Source: an uncultured Verrucomicrobiae bacterium (GTDB lineage: Bacteria; Verrucomicrobiota; Verrucomicrobiia; Chthoniobacterales; Terrimicrobiaceae). Taken from it: 64,000 nt of DNA. The stretch lies in the NCBI GenBank assembly GCA_963706955.1, contig CAVPOC010000010.1, positions 96,001 to 160,000 of the forward strand, written 5' to 3'. The notes below the pieces were generated by a model that searched no databases, was not told the origin of the DNA, and saw only the letters and a program-made list of their open reading frames with translations. Below are positions 39,524 to 50,055 of the stretch, piece by piece. The stretch's first letter is position 1, and every line of letters begins with the position of its first letter. Made by a program: the position numbers and the translations under genes.

Positions 39524-39880
39524 ATGGATGTGATCATCATCAAGGGACTCAAGATCGAAGCGGCCGTCGGCGTGACCGCTGGCGAGCGCGACAATCCTCA
39601 ACGCCTAGAAGTCAATGCTGTGATCACACCATTGCAAACGTTCGCGGCAGTGGCGGACGAGATCGATCGCACCGTCGACTACCAGGCGGCCGCTCAACAG
39701 ATCGCCAAACTAGCACACTCACGTCCCAGGTGTTTGATCGAGACACTCGCCAGTGACCTGGCCGAGATGTTAGTGAGCGAGTTTCAAGCCGGCCGTGCCG
39801 AAGTGGAAGTGCGGAAATTTGTCCTCCCAGATACAGACTATGTGGCTGTCCGCTGCTCCCGCCAGCGTGAAAGCGCTTAG
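39524..39880 (+). CDS. folB: Dihydroneopterin aldolase
   Basis: IIIKGL....VGV...ER...Q.L, TVDY, LIETLA and VEVRK. Confidence 0.92.
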   Translation: MDVIIIKGLKIEAAVGVTAGERDNPQRLEVNAVITPLQTFAAVADEIDRTVDYQAAAQQIAKLAHSRPRCLIETLASDLAEMLVSEFQAGRAEVEVRKFVLPDTDYVAVRCSRQRESA

Positions 39881-39987
39881 GCTAAGCGGGCCAAAGTCCA
39901 AAGCAGATCTCCCCGAGCGGCCGTCGCCAATCTAAGCACTCTTGTAACAGAATGACGAATTCATCATAGCACACGCGGCAGGCCTGC

Positions 39988-40046
39988 TGTAGCGCTGCCC
40001 CCACCGCCGAAAGGCTGCCCTCGGCGCTGGGGACAGCGCCGCTACA
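39988..40046. repeat. GTAG-type REP doublet
   Basis: TGTAGCGCTGCCCCCACCGCCG...CGGCGCTG-GGGA-CAGCGCCG-CTACA, between convergent folB and the oxidoreductase gene. Confidence 0.72.
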
Positions 40047-40299
40047 ACGTTCGTAGCTCGGAAGGTCTATCCGGTCGTCGAGCGTCTTCATCGACTCCTA
40101 CGCTGCGGGAAGCTCAGGAGGATACCGGTGCCGCCTGGTTTGGAGATCGGTCCAGCTCACGAGTTGTGAGCCGCTTGTGTCAAAGGCCCAGCCTCAATCC
40201 ACAGCCGCTTCGCACAAGTGCCTCTACAAATTTCATGAATGCATCATCGCGGACGTATGAGAGATGGCTTAGCGTTCTGCAGCCTAAGATCCTGAATTG

Positions 40300-41397
40300 T
40301 CAAGTTCGTGCAAATTCGACTTCCTCAGCGCGCAGCGGCGCGGGGCGTTCGCAAGTGCTTACTAGTTTGATATGACGTTCTTCGCGAGAGGCGTCATGGG
40401 CGGCGTGCATGATTTCAAGAACATGATAGGCGATCTCGCCATTAGCGCGATGGGAGCGCTTGTCGCGCATGGCCCGCGCCATATCGGCGACACCGAGACC
40501 TCGCAAATTTGCGGTCAAGTCATTGATGAGGGGCATCGCGCGCCACTCGCGGGCGTCATGGCGCCATAACTCCACCGTTCCTCCAAAGTTGTTCGGATCG
40601 GGGATACGCAGCGTCCCCTCCGATCCATAAATCTCCATCCGCGGCAATCCGGCTCGCCAGACATCGAAGGTCATCAGCATGGTGCCGACAGCCCCATTAG
40701 CAAAGTCCACCACCGTGGCGATATTGGTGGGAACTTCGACGCGGATCGTGGTCCCAAATTTGGGAGGGCTGGTGACGGTGCGTTCGCGAAAGCTGATCTG
40801 GGCCGAACCAGTGACGCGCTTTATTGGACCGATCAAGGTCACCAGAGCAGTCAAATAATATGGGCCCATGTCGAACATCGGCCCGCCGCCAGCTTGGTAA
40901 TAAAAGGTGGGGTCAGGATGCCAGTCCTCGTGTCCGTGAGAAATCATGAAGGCCGTAGCACCGACAGGAGTGCCGATCGCTCCGGTGTCGATCAATTGAC
41001 GGGACGTTTGCAGGGCCGCACCGAGAAACGTGTCGGGTGCGCATCCAACTCGAAGTGCTTTCTCGCTGGCTAGCTCCAGGATTTTTCGGGCCTCTTCGCG
41101 TTCCACCGCCAGCGGTTTTTCGTTGTAGACGCTCTTACCCGCTTCCAACGCTGCCATCGCGACTTCAAAGTGCGCCTTGGGAATTGTCAGGTTCAGGACG
41201 GCCTCAATATCTGGTTCTGCCAGGAGAGCTTCGACGGAGAGCGCATGAGGAATCCCAAACTGTTGCGCGCGAGCTCGCGCGCGCTCCAAATCCATGTCGG
41301 AAATAGCGACCACCTCGACATCGCTGAAGCTGCACAGATTCTGCAAATAGATTTCACTGATATTACCGCAGCCGATGACTCCTAACTTGACTCTCAT
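40300..41397 (-). CDS. Gfo/Idh/MocA family oxidoreductase
   Basis: [23 protein letters not shown] and [12 protein letters not shown]. Confidence 0.93.
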   Translation of the reverse strand: MRVKLGVIGCGNISEIYLQNLCSFSDVEVVAISDMDLERARARAQQFGIPHALSVEALLAEPDIEAVLNLTIPKAHFEVAMAALEAGKSVYNEKPLAVEREEARKILELASEKALRVGCAPDTFLGAALQTSRQLIDTGAIGTPVGATAFMISHGHEDWHPDPTFYYQAGGGPMFDMGPYYLTALVTLIGPIKRVTGSAQISFRERTVTSPPKFGTTIRVEVPTNIATVVDFANGAVGTMLMTFDVWRAGLPRMEIYGSEGTLRIPDPNNFGGTVELWRHDAREWRAMPLINDLTANLRGLGVADMARAMRDKRSHRANGEIAYHVLEIMHAAHDASREERHIKLVSTCERPAPLRAEEVEFART

Positions 41398-41399
41398 AC

Positions 41400-42053
41400 C
41401 TAAACCTCTGTTCGCGTGGCCCAAAGCAAACCGCGTCGGACAATTTCGCGAGCTTCGGGCACATCAAAATCCTTGGCAACATGACCGAGCGAAGAATAGA
41501 AGACCCTGCCCTTTCCCCATTTTCGCTTCCACGCCACCGGCATGACCGTCCCTTCGATCCATGGAAGTATATCTCCGCTAAAGGTTGTCGTCGCGAGCAC
41601 CTCGTTCGACGGATCAACGTGCATGTAATATTGCTCCGATTGCATAACGAAGTCCGGAATATCGACGGTGATCGGATCGAGATGATTAACGATGTTGACG
41701 CGATAGCTGATAATGTTGCCCGGGTGCGCCACCCATTGGCCACCTACCATGAACTGATATTCCGTGTTGTTACGGAAAGAGTCGGCCATGCAGCCGTGCC
41801 ACCCCGCGATTCCTATACCGCTTCTGACTGCCTCCAACAATCCTTTCTCTTGCTCGTTGGTAATCGTGTCCATCGTCCAGACGGGGACGATCAGGTCAAA
41901 TCGGCGAAGTCTCTCCGCATCACAATAGATCTGGAGAGTGTCGACAATCTCCGTGCGATAACCTTCTGATTTCAGGCAGGCGGTGAAGACCTCCGCCGAA
42001 AGCATCGGTTCATGCCCTTCCCAACCCCCGACTACAAAAAGTGCTGATTTCAT
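41400..42053 (-). CDS. ThuA-like (trehalose utilization) domain protein
   Basis: [26 protein letters not shown] and [10 protein letters not shown]; 2-nt gap to the oxidoreductase. Confidence 0.9.
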   Translation of the reverse strand: MKSALFVVGGWEGHEPMLSAEVFTACLKSEGYRTEIVDTLQIYCDAERLRRFDLIVPVWTMDTITNEQEKGLLEAVRSGIGIAGWHGCMADSFRNNTEYQFMVGGQWVAHPGNIISYRVNIVNHLDPITVDIPDFVMQSEQYYMHVDPSNEVLATTTFSGDILPWIEGTVMPVAWKRKWGKGRVFYSSLGHVAKDFDVPEAREIVRRGLLWATRTEV

Positions 42054-42252
42054 AAAGTGCCTGCTTGCTTAGGAGCCGACTGAACGCACCGCAATCGCGG
42101 AGCCGGCCTTGCCCTCACCGTGCACATCTTCGCGGCCCTTTGAATGGGACACCGAACTTTCGGGCTCGAGCATATCAGACACAGTGTCACGAAAAAGATA
42201 AGGTCCGCCTTCGAATGGGAGAGTTCGCGAGAGATCAGGCTCTGGTATAACG

Positions 42253-43185
42253 TCAATCGGGGCGGTGCCAAACCCGGCCGAACGCGATGGCTGCTTTGAG
42301 CGCTACCTTCCGTTTGCGGACCGTGGATTCCGGGAAGAGCCGTATGGGATGCTCCGCATTGTCCCAAAAGCCCTTATCTGCTAGGGTCGGCGGCCGTCCC
42401 GACACAGTAGATCTCATATATTGTCTGGCCCAAGGCTTCGGCGAGTTCACCGCGTGCGACATCACGTAGCCGCCGCCACTGAAATCCATGCCGTCCGGAC
42501 CCAATGTGCTCGTCGGAACGTCGGTTGTCATCACGGCGATGTTCAGTAAATCCTGATCGGCCGCTTGCCACGGTGAAGTCCGATCCGTGCTGGCCAACTG
42601 AGTCGTGTCATATCCAAACACCTTGGCAGCTTCCAGCAAGGATTCCCAAACTTCCAGGACCTTCCGCACCCTCCCGGGAACACCGACAAAGCCGCCGTTA
42701 TAGTAGCGGCTAAGACTTCGCTTTTCCGTCAGTTGAGCGCTCCTGGCGATTTCCATCCATTGAAAGCGCAGCGGATGGTCGCTCGGCAAGTATGGGAAGG
42801 TCGCATCCTCCACCAGGGCCAGCCCATTCTGCACCCATTCCTCAAAGAAACTCCAGCGGCACTTTACCGTGATATCCGGATCGAAGTAACAGAGGATGTC
42901 CTCGTCCTTCAAAAATTCTGTGAACATCTGCCGCATAAAGATCGGTTTATAGCTGGTCAGATGGAGCGAGGTGTCCAGCAGAAGGAAACGGATGCGACAG
43001 CCGCCACCGACGTCGAAATCAGTAGTTCCTGACCCGGTTGAAGTTGAATTCGCCCAGGGCGGCAAAGCCCCACGATATCCCGCAAAGACAGTTCCGCGAA
43101 AACCATTCCGATACAGCGAGTTGACCAGAGCGCCTAGACCCAGATGATAGGTTCCCTCGAACAGCGAGCAGACGTAGGCACTCAT
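42253..43185 (-). CDS. Hypothetical GT-A / GT8-like transferase
   Basis: YFDPDI (DxD), YNGGF, DQDLLN and SHAV..PKPW. The start could be 43185 or 43194. Confidence 0.65.
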   Translation of the reverse strand: MSAYVCSLFEGTYHLGLGALVNSLYRNGFRGTVFAGYRGALPPWANSTSTGSGTTDFDVGGGCRIRFLLLDTSLHLTSYKPIFMRQMFTEFLKDEDILCYFDPDITVKCRWSFFEEWVQNGLALVEDATFPYLPSDHPLRFQWMEIARSAQLTEKRSLSRYYNGGFVGVPGRVRKVLEVWESLLEAAKVFGYDTTQLASTDRTSPWQAADQDLLNIAVMTTDVPTSTLGPDGMDFSGGGYVMSHAVNSPKPWARQYMRSTVSGRPPTLADKGFWDNAEHPIRLFPESTVRKRKVALKAAIAFGRVWHRPD

Positions 43186-43500
43186 CTTCGGCAAGGTTTT
43201 ATCCTTAAAAAATGGGCAGTCAATCTACTATCCAGCGCGCATCCGCCTTCAAAACAGCGCAGGCGGAAACACGAAGATCAGAGTCCAAATACCTTTGCGG
43301 ATGGGGCGGCTAAGCCAAGATGATCGCTGCGGGTGATCGGAAAACCCGGATCTTGTCGGATCCAAAGAATCCCGGCGCGCGCAAGGAGTAATGGAGTGAT
43401 CGCTTGTGCGACCAATGCCATTGTGTCTACTGCTATTTTTCTTGCCTTCGAAAATCTGGAAACTAAGCAGGCTCATGGGACCCTGCTTGGGATCCGCGAG

Positions 43501-44077
43501 ATGAATCCGCTCGGTGATAGCAAGGATGCAATCGATCCCGCCGTGATGCGGCGTGTGGCGGAGGGCGATTCCGCCGCCTTCGAGCGCGTCTACGACGCAT
43601 TTTCGGGCATCCTCTACTCCCTTGCGCTGACGAATACTTGAACGCCCGGAGGATTCGGAGGAACTTCTTCAAGAGGTGTTCTTGAAGATTTGGAAAGATG
43701 CTGCGGACTACGACCCCCGTCGGGGGGCTCCGCTTGCCTGGGCGATTACGATTACCCGGCACAAGGCGATCGACCGGATTCGCGCCACCGCCCGCCGGCT
43801 CCGCCTCTACGAAACCGCGGAGGCAGAAGCCAAAAACAGCCCCGCAGCTATCCCCCAGCCTCTGAGCGACGCGGAACATTCGGAAAGCGCACGAGCCGTT
43901 CGGCAATCTCTGGATCACCTGCCTCCTGAGGTCCGCCAATCCATTGAGCTGGCCTTTTTTGGGGGTCTCTCTCACAGCCAGATCGCCGCAAAACTTTCCC
44001 TTCCGATCACCACCGTCAAGAGCCGCATTCGCCGCGCCATGATGCAGCTCCGACAATCTCTAAAGCACTACGCATGA
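43501..44077 (+). CDS. ECF sigma-70 factor (SigK-like); apparent 1-base insertion ~43630
   Basis: GDSAAFERVYD...LYSLAL then, after the shift, RIL..PEDSEELLQEVFLKIW...WAITITRHKAIDRIR...LAFFGGLSHSQIA...TVKSRIRRA. Confidence 0.9.
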
Positions 44078-44907
44078 GCCCGGAGGAACGAGAAGAATTG
44101 GCATCGCTTTACGTGCTCGGCGCGCTCGAGGGCGAGGAGCTCGCGGCGTTCGAACGCGAGCTGGCGGCTCAACCCGAACTTGCCGCATTGGTCGGCGAAC
44201 TTGAACAGGCTTCGACAATCCTGGCGACGATGGTTCCACAGCACAAGGCCCCCGAAATCGTCCGGCAGTCCGTCTTTCAACACATCCGTAGCCCGGTCCC
44301 AGACGAAGAGCCCTTGCGCAAGCCTGCCTTCTCGTTCGCCTGGGTCCCTTGGGCAATTGCCGCCGGACTTGCGGTCTCTTGTGTCCTGCTCTGGAACGAA
44401 AGAACTCGGCTGGGTTCAGCCATTGCTGGGGTTGAACAAGAGAACAATACTCTCCAGGAACGCGTCGCCAGCCTCAATGCGGAGCGTGGCCGGCTGGAAT
44501 CGCGGATCAGTACCTTGGAAAAAGAACGCGAGGACCTCCAGGTCAGGGTCGCTTCTCTCGAGGGGCGCGATCCTCTCAGCGGTATTCAGCCGGTCATGCT
44601 GCTGGCGCAGCCAGGAGCCCCTCCTGGGGCGGAAGTGATGGCTGTGTGGGATCTGCATCGACGGGAGGGGTGCCTTCATGTTGCCGGCCTTCCCAAACCC
44701 GCGCCAGACAAGGATTATCAGCTTTGGATCATTACCCCCGAAGCCAAGCAGCCCCTGGATGCTGGACTTGTCTCCGCCGACAAAAATGGCGTGCCCTTTA
44801 GTGCCAGGCAGCCGCTCGACCGGATTGCGGCCCTCGCGATCTCCATCGAACCGAAAGGGGGCTCGACTGCTCCACAAGGACCGGTCGTCTTCCTCGGAAA
44901 ACTCTGA
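44074..44907 (+). CDS. Anti-sigma factor (RskA-like) with a coiled-coil insert
   Basis: ATGA overlap with the sigma gene; ELASLYVLGALE, one TM helix, DKDYQLW and AISIEPKGGS..P.GPVV. Confidence 0.9.
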   Translation: MSPEEREELASLYVLGALEGEELAAFERELAAQPELAALVGELEQASTILATMVPQHKAPEIVRQSVFQHIRSPVPDEEPLRKPAFSFAWVPWAIAAGLAVSCVLLWNERTRLGSAIAGVEQENNTLQERVASLNAERGRLESRISTLEKEREDLQVRVASLEGRDPLSGIQPVMLLAQPGAPPGAEVMAVWDLHRREGCLHVAGLPKPAPDKDYQLWIITPEAKQPLDAGLVSADKNGVPFSARQPLDRIAALAISIEPKGGSTAPQGPVVFLGKL

Positions 44908-44965
44908 AGGCATCCCGGCTGTCCTCGAACGGGCGAGCGGCCCAATCGTACCGGGAATTCACGCA

Positions 44966-44993
44966 TTGACGTTTGGAGGCGCCCGGCTATCTT
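44966..44993 (+). promoter_or_regulatory. Putative sigma70 promoter of tRNA-Gly
   Basis: TTGACG-N16-TATCTT, 15 nt upstream of the tRNA. Confidence 0.5.
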
Positions 44994-45008
44994 TTTGGGC
45001 TCCCAAGC

Positions 45009-45067
<59 letters not shown>

Positions 45068-45084
<17 letters not shown>

Positions 45085-45444
45085 TCCTCGATGGAGCCAC
45101 GCGCGCAGCGCGAAAGCGATCCGGAGACTCGAACGCCGTTCGAATGCCCTGCGCGCCAGCGCTTCCTCCAAGCGAAGCCACCTTGGCATGGTTCCCCTCG
45201 AGCGAACAATCTCGTCACCCGCTCCATCCTCGATGGAGCCACGCGCGCAGCGCGAAAGCGATCCGGAGACTCGAACGCCGTTCGAATGCCCTGCGCGTCA
45301 GCGCTTCTTCCAAGCGAAGCCACCTTAGCATGGTTCGCCTCGAGCGAACAATCTCGTCACCCGCTCCGTCCTCGATGGAGCCACGCACGCAGCGCGAAAG
45401 CTTTTTCGGGACTCGAACGCAGTTCGAACGCCCTGCGCGTCAGC
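45068..45444 (+). repeat. tRNA-3'-end-anchored 142-bp tandem repeat (two full units and one partial)
   Basis: Units start at 45068, 45210 and 45352 with TCTCGTCACCCGCTCC. Units 1 and 2 differ at 4 positions; unit 3 is diverged and truncated. Confidence 0.95.
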
Positions 45445-45792
45445 CGATGGTCCGCGCTTGGTGTTTGCATTACAACCGTCCGCAACGCAGAAAAGTTCCC
45501 CATTCGCGCCTGTGAAGTCTCTCCTCAAAGATCACCCAGCACGTCCGGGAGCGACCCCGCTGCGGCAACGACTGAATTCGCCGCAAGCTTGGGTCACACG
45601 ATCACAATCCGGACCGTCGCCAATAGGTCCGCCTTGCGAGTTCCGAAGAGGGAAATTGGCTTCTCCCGAACAACTTGAGGCTCGTCCGGCAGTCTCGGGA
45701 AAGGATCCGAAAAACTTTAGGCGTACGTCGCGGCTGGCAAAGAATCTAACGAAACGCAGTATCGATGCGCGCGTGGAGGATTAGTTCCAAAG

Positions 45793-46803
45793 TTAGGGCG
45801 CCGGTTGTGGCTCGCCGTAGATAAAGTCGTCCATCATCACGATGTCGCGTTTCCCCCCATCGTCAGGGCCGGGTGCCGAGTTGCCGGTGATAATGCGGAC
45901 TCGGGCGATGATCGCCTCGTCGAATACGAGGCCGAAAAAGGAAATATTCGCGTTCCTGGGAGAAGCCGGAACGACCCCGCGGAACAGCAGTCTGTTACTT
46001 GCGTCGTAATACTCTATCGACGTGCTTGACCGGCGACTTTTCTTGTTGCCGAACCCGCTCCCCTCTTGCTGGTCAACATCTGTGAAAACCGCACCAAAGC
46101 CCCTCACCAACGCCGGAGTACCTCCGTCTGTGCCGGGGATGAAAAACAGAGCGTGAGTGACGTTACTGCCCACCGGAGTGAATAGCCGGAAGGGGCTGAA
46201 GGTGCTGAAGATGGTGTTATAGGTCGGGTTGTTGAAAAAGAATGCCAGGCCGTCAGGGGGACCCTGGATAAGGCCTTCGCCCCGCGTGAGGAACTGCGCG
46301 CCGCGAGTGTTCAGAAAGACGTTGAACGGTGTCGCCGGGCTATCGGTTGTGGTATTGTTACCGCCGCCGTCCCAGTTGATCTCGCGACGTCCCGAGGGGA
46401 GCGGGCCTGGAGCATTGAGGTTGTTTCCTGGCTCCCCGAAAGCAGCGCGAAACGCATCGACCGTACTTTGAATGGACTGCTCCGTGTCTGGTGGAGCGGG
46501 GTTCGGCCCAGCGGCTTGAAAGATCATCACTCCTATACTCCCCAAATCGGTCGCGACGGCTGGTGAGCTTGTCTCCCCTCCACCCGAGCCAGTCCCCTCA
46601 TCGCTCGAACCACCGTCGACTGTGTCCGTGCCGGAACCGTCTGTCTCAGTGTCGGTATCGACCTCGTCAGAGCCAGAGTCACCGGCGACGTCTGAACCGT
46701 TCGTATCTCCGAGTTGCGCATGACAAACCGGAACCAGGGCCGGACTTAAGGCAAATGTCGACAGTATTATTGCGATGAAGTGCAATTGCTTATGCTTATT
46801 CAT
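45793..46803 (-). CDS. Secreted hypothetical protein with an acidic D/S/T/G linker and a globular domain (RREINWDG...MDDFIYGEP)
   Basis: 336-aa ORF with a signal peptide, a low-complexity linker and an apparently beta-rich domain. Confidence 0.8.
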   Translation of the reverse strand: MNKHKQLHFIAIILSTFALSPALVPVCHAQLGDTNGSDVAGDSGSDEVDTDTETDGSGTDTVDGGSSDEGTGSGGGETSSPAVATDLGSIGVMIFQAAGPNPAPPDTEQSIQSTVDAFRAAFGEPGNNLNAPGPLPSGRREINWDGGGNNTTTDSPATPFNVFLNTRGAQFLTRGEGLIQGPPDGLAFFFNNPTYNTIFSTFSPFRLFTPVGSNVTHALFFIPGTDGGTPALVRGFGAVFTDVDQQEGSGFGNKKSRRSSTSIEYYDASNRLLFRGVVPASPRNANISFFGLVFDEAIIARVRIITGNSAPGPDDGGKRDIVMMDDFIYGEPQPAP

Positions 46804-47968
46804 AAGGTTTCATCTTGTTGAATTGTAGCGATTACTAACTCAGGTCTGATCGGAACTAACGGGTGACAGGTAATTGCTTTCGGCCATCCGGCGCGTCTGG
46901 ACGGAGTCTTAGACTGACCACGCGCGTCTCCATGAGTGCATAAAGTGCCCAAAAGTTGATTAGAAAGTCAAAGACAAACTGCCTTTGAGGGGTGCGCCGT
47001 GAGCATGGATGACTACTTAGGATGAGAGAGATAATCACAACTCACTGAGGCTCCAAGGTTTGGGAAAGGTAAGTTCTTCCTAAGCTAAAAGCCTAAATTT
47101 TAGCAGGGAGGTTGAAATTGCGCAGTCGACGGGACGCTTACGAACGTGCCACACGCCTCAGATGCTCTTCCGATAGTTATCTCCAGAGAAGATAGGGATG
47201 CGCTGCTAAGCGCTGCACGCGACAGCATAAAAAGCTGAACACTAATCCAGAAGGACTTGCGTGTTCGAGGAGAAGCTCCTGTGGCGAAGAAGACATAAAT
47301 AAGCGCCAGCTGGTCGACGAATTGATTGAAAGGATCCACGAGATCGCCCAAGCGCGAGCTAAGGCTCCTCGTGGACTTCCTCCGCGATGAATTCTCTTAA
47401 CAGTCGGACAGGCTCCTATCGGTCTTCCTCGTGCCTAAAGCGCTCCTCTGGTGGCAGAGAAACTGCAATTAGTCATGTCGCTATTTTGATGAGTTATCCC
47501 TTCGACATCAACAACTAGGGGCATTCTAAAAGCATCAGTGCGCTCTTAAGTTGAGCCTCGAACCAGAGCAGCAACTTGGCTTGATTCCTAAGCTGGGATC
47601 GATAATGCCGTGATTGCTGGCTTCCGCGCGCCACGATCTGCTTGCTAAGATATTGCAGCTCCGCACCTTTCTTGTAGATGGTTTAAATGGATCGTTCGGC
47701 GTTTCAGCGAAAGAGACATCTCGTTTCAAATGTGATCCAGCATAGGGTGCGCAGATTCTTGACACCGGCATCTCCTCCGTGTTCACGCTCAAAGTAAGCG
47801 CATTTATTCCCCTTAGATCTTCAATCGTCTCTCATACGATTCGTGCACATCGCTCATCCGCAGCAATTTAGTTCTTGTTGACAGGATAGAGGGTCTGCGC
47901 CGCCAATCACCGGTGTCAACAGCGCTTTCCCCACCTCGGCAGAGAAAGCACCAGCTCTTTGATCCACA

Positions 47969-48003
47969 GAGTCTCGTCACCGGCTCGATCTTCGATGGAG
48001 CCA
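47969..48003 (+). repeat. Degenerate direct repeat of the tRNA-Gly 3' end (attR-like)
   Basis: GAGTCTCGTCACCGGCTCGATCTTCGATGGAGCCA matches 45065-45099 at 32/35 positions. Confidence 0.85.
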
Positions 48004-48212
48004 TGGGCTCAAGTCTATCGATTCTTAGCGCACTTGGCACAAAATCATTGTCGTGAAGCGAAATGGACCAAGTCGTCGTCCTCTACGATGAATCGTTGCC
48101 TCATGTTGGTCCTAACGGTGTTATCTCCTCTAACGCTCGGAGGAACCTGCACGCGGGCGCGTCCTTGCCGAGCGCGCTCCACGTGCAACTATCGTTGCCG
48201 TGCTCTGCGTGG

Positions 48213-48359
48213 CGGCACGTGTGGGTGCCAGAGCTCAGGAGTATTGCTACTGAATGCCAGCACGAGCCGCCACCCTCGGGCGAGCGCCTCCCGCCCGATT
48301 ATCCCGCCCCTTTGGTAGACCACGCGCTCGTGGAGGCGCCGGAGCTCTTCGCAAAGACC
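48213..48359 (+). pseudogene. C-terminal remnant of a DNA photolyase/cryptochrome FAD-binding domain
   Basis: RHVWVPELRSI...HEP...LPPDYPAPLVDHA resembles the photolyase tail (RRWVPEL...HEPW...YPxPIVDH). The rest of the gene is absent. Confidence 0.55.
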
Positions 48360-48481
48360 GGGGAGCACACGCGTTTCGTGTCCCGCGTCCTCGCCGGACC
48401 TGGCTTTGCACCTCCAGATAGACCATAAAAATTGTCTTCGGCGAGCCGCCGAAGACTGCACGGGAGACGCATGCGCTCCCC
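48360..48481 (+). mobile_element. MITE/REP-like palindromic element, copy 1
   Basis: Ends GGGGAGCACACGCG...CGCATGCGCTCCCC; internal hairpin GTCTTCGGCG-AGC-CGCCGAAGAC. Homologous to 58611-58748. Confidence 0.65.
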
Positions 48482-48966
48482 AGTGACACAGAGCCCGAGC
48501 TTATCGAGCGATACGCTCACCCTATCTGTTGGAAAAAACGTGTTAGGAGGAACAATACGATAAGATTGGTGACCTCCCTGATAAAGTTTTAGCCCAGCCT
48601 TCTAGTCCGCGACCTATCGGTTTTTATTCATTCGTCGTGTTCGCTAGCGAGCCCACTCCCGCCCCATCCTGTTGTCGGGGGCCACCTAGGAAACCTTGTG
48701 CAACCTCACCCTTAACAATCCTTAGCCTTTGGCGTCGCCTTCTTTTGCGCGGCGCAAGAACATCAATGGAAAACCGTGCCAGTTTAGAAATCTAGCGTCC
48801 TTTGGCGCAGCGGATCTCTTGGTGCTCTCCGGATTGACCTCGACCGCCAATTATTAGGCAGAAGGTAGCTAAGGAAGCGCGAAGAAGGAAAAGATTTCGC
48901 CTCGTTCCGTGCGTTGTCAGCGTTTGTCATGGACAAAACTCCGTCCGTTGTGTTTCTGGCGGCTCT

Positions 48967-50055
48967 GTGGAAACAACGCCGCCCCCGCTGCCGGTCGCAA
49001 GTCGCTCCTTTCTCGAGTTTCGCGGAAGCGGTCGCGAATACTTCGGTATCTGGATCGTCAACCTCGTCCTCTCCATCATCACCCTCGGCATATACATTCC
49101 GTGGGCTCGCGTGCGCACGCGCCGCTATTTTTATCGCAACACCCTGCTCGACGGCCACAGCTTCGACTACCTCGCAGATCCGAAACGCCTACTCATCGGC
49201 TACGTGATCATCGGCGCCTTCTTCGTAAGTTACAGCATCGCGGGCACCATCGACCCATTCGTCGCGTTCGGCGTCCTCGGGTTATTCGCCGCCGTCTTCC
49301 CTTGGCTCTACTACAAGTCCGCACGCTTTTTTGCGTCCAACTCCGCCTATCGCAATATCCGCTTCCGCTTCAACGGCTCCGTCGGAGGCTCCTACTCCGC
49401 CTATCTTGGCTGGCCGCTCCTCGCCATCCCCACCCTCGGCCTGCTTGGCCCTCTGGCCATCTTCAAGCAAAACAAATACTTCTTTAACAATTTCTCCCTC
49501 GGCTCACTCCGCTCCGAATTCCGCGGACGCCCCGGCTTCTTTTTTGGCGTCCTCTACGCCCTCGGCTTCGTGGTCTTCGTTCTCGTTGGTGTCCTCATCG
49601 CCGGCGTCTCAATCCTGGCCGGGCTGACGCGCACCTCCGGCGAGAGCACCACCTCCACGACTACGACGGAAGAAGTGCAATTGCTCATCGCTCTTACCCC
49701 GCTCGTCTCCGTTTACGTCATATTCTTGGTCTTCTTCGGCGTTTGGGGCGTCCTGAGCCGCAACTATTGCTGGAACAACGCCGTCCTCAAGCCGGGCCCC
49801 GACGAAGTCCGTTTCGAATCGCGCCTCGGCATTAGTCGCTATCTCTGGATCTTCGTGAGCAACATCGTCCTGACCATCGTCACTCTCGGCCTCTTCGCCC
49901 CCTGGGCTGCGGTGCGCATGTTCCGCTATCGCACCTCCTGCCTCTCCGTCTACGGTGCCACTTCGCTCGACGACATGGTGGCAGAAATCTCCGCCGAACC
50001 CAACGCCATGGGTGATGCGGCCTCCGACCTCTTCGATTTCGATTTCGGGCTGTGA
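48967..50055 (+). CDS. YjgN / DUF898 family membrane protein
   Basis: FRGSGREYFGIWIVNLVLSIITLGIYIPWARVR..RYFY.NT.LDG..FDY, an internal repeat IVTLGLFAPWA, and C-terminal DFDFGL. Confidence 0.9.
   Translation: METTPPPLPVASRSFLEFRGSGREYFGIWIVNLVLSIITLGIYIPWARVRTRRYFYRNTLLDGHSFDYLADPKRLLIGYVIIGAFFVSYSIAGTIDPFVAFGVLGLFAAVFPWLYYKSARFFASNSAYRNIRFRFNGSVGGSYSAYLGWPLLAIPTLGLLGPLAIFKQNKYFFNNFSLGSLRSEFRGRPGFFFGVLYALGFVVFVLVGVLIAGVSILAGLTRTSGESTTSTTTTEEVQLLIALTPLVSVYVIFLVFFGVWGVLSRNYCWNNAVLKPGPDEVRFESRLGISRYLWIFVSNIVLTIVTLGLFAPWAAVRMFRYRTSCLSVYGATSLDDMVAEISAEPNAMGDAASDLFDFDFGL

Noticed and set aside
43620..43645. Programmed frameshift or phase variation controlling the ECF sigma
   Set aside because: There is no slippery heptamer or simple-sequence tract at the site, and similar indels occur throughout the window.
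45210..45370. Additional tRNA genes in the array
   Set aside because: Only the last 17 nt of the tRNA are repeated; there is no D-arm or anticodon arm.
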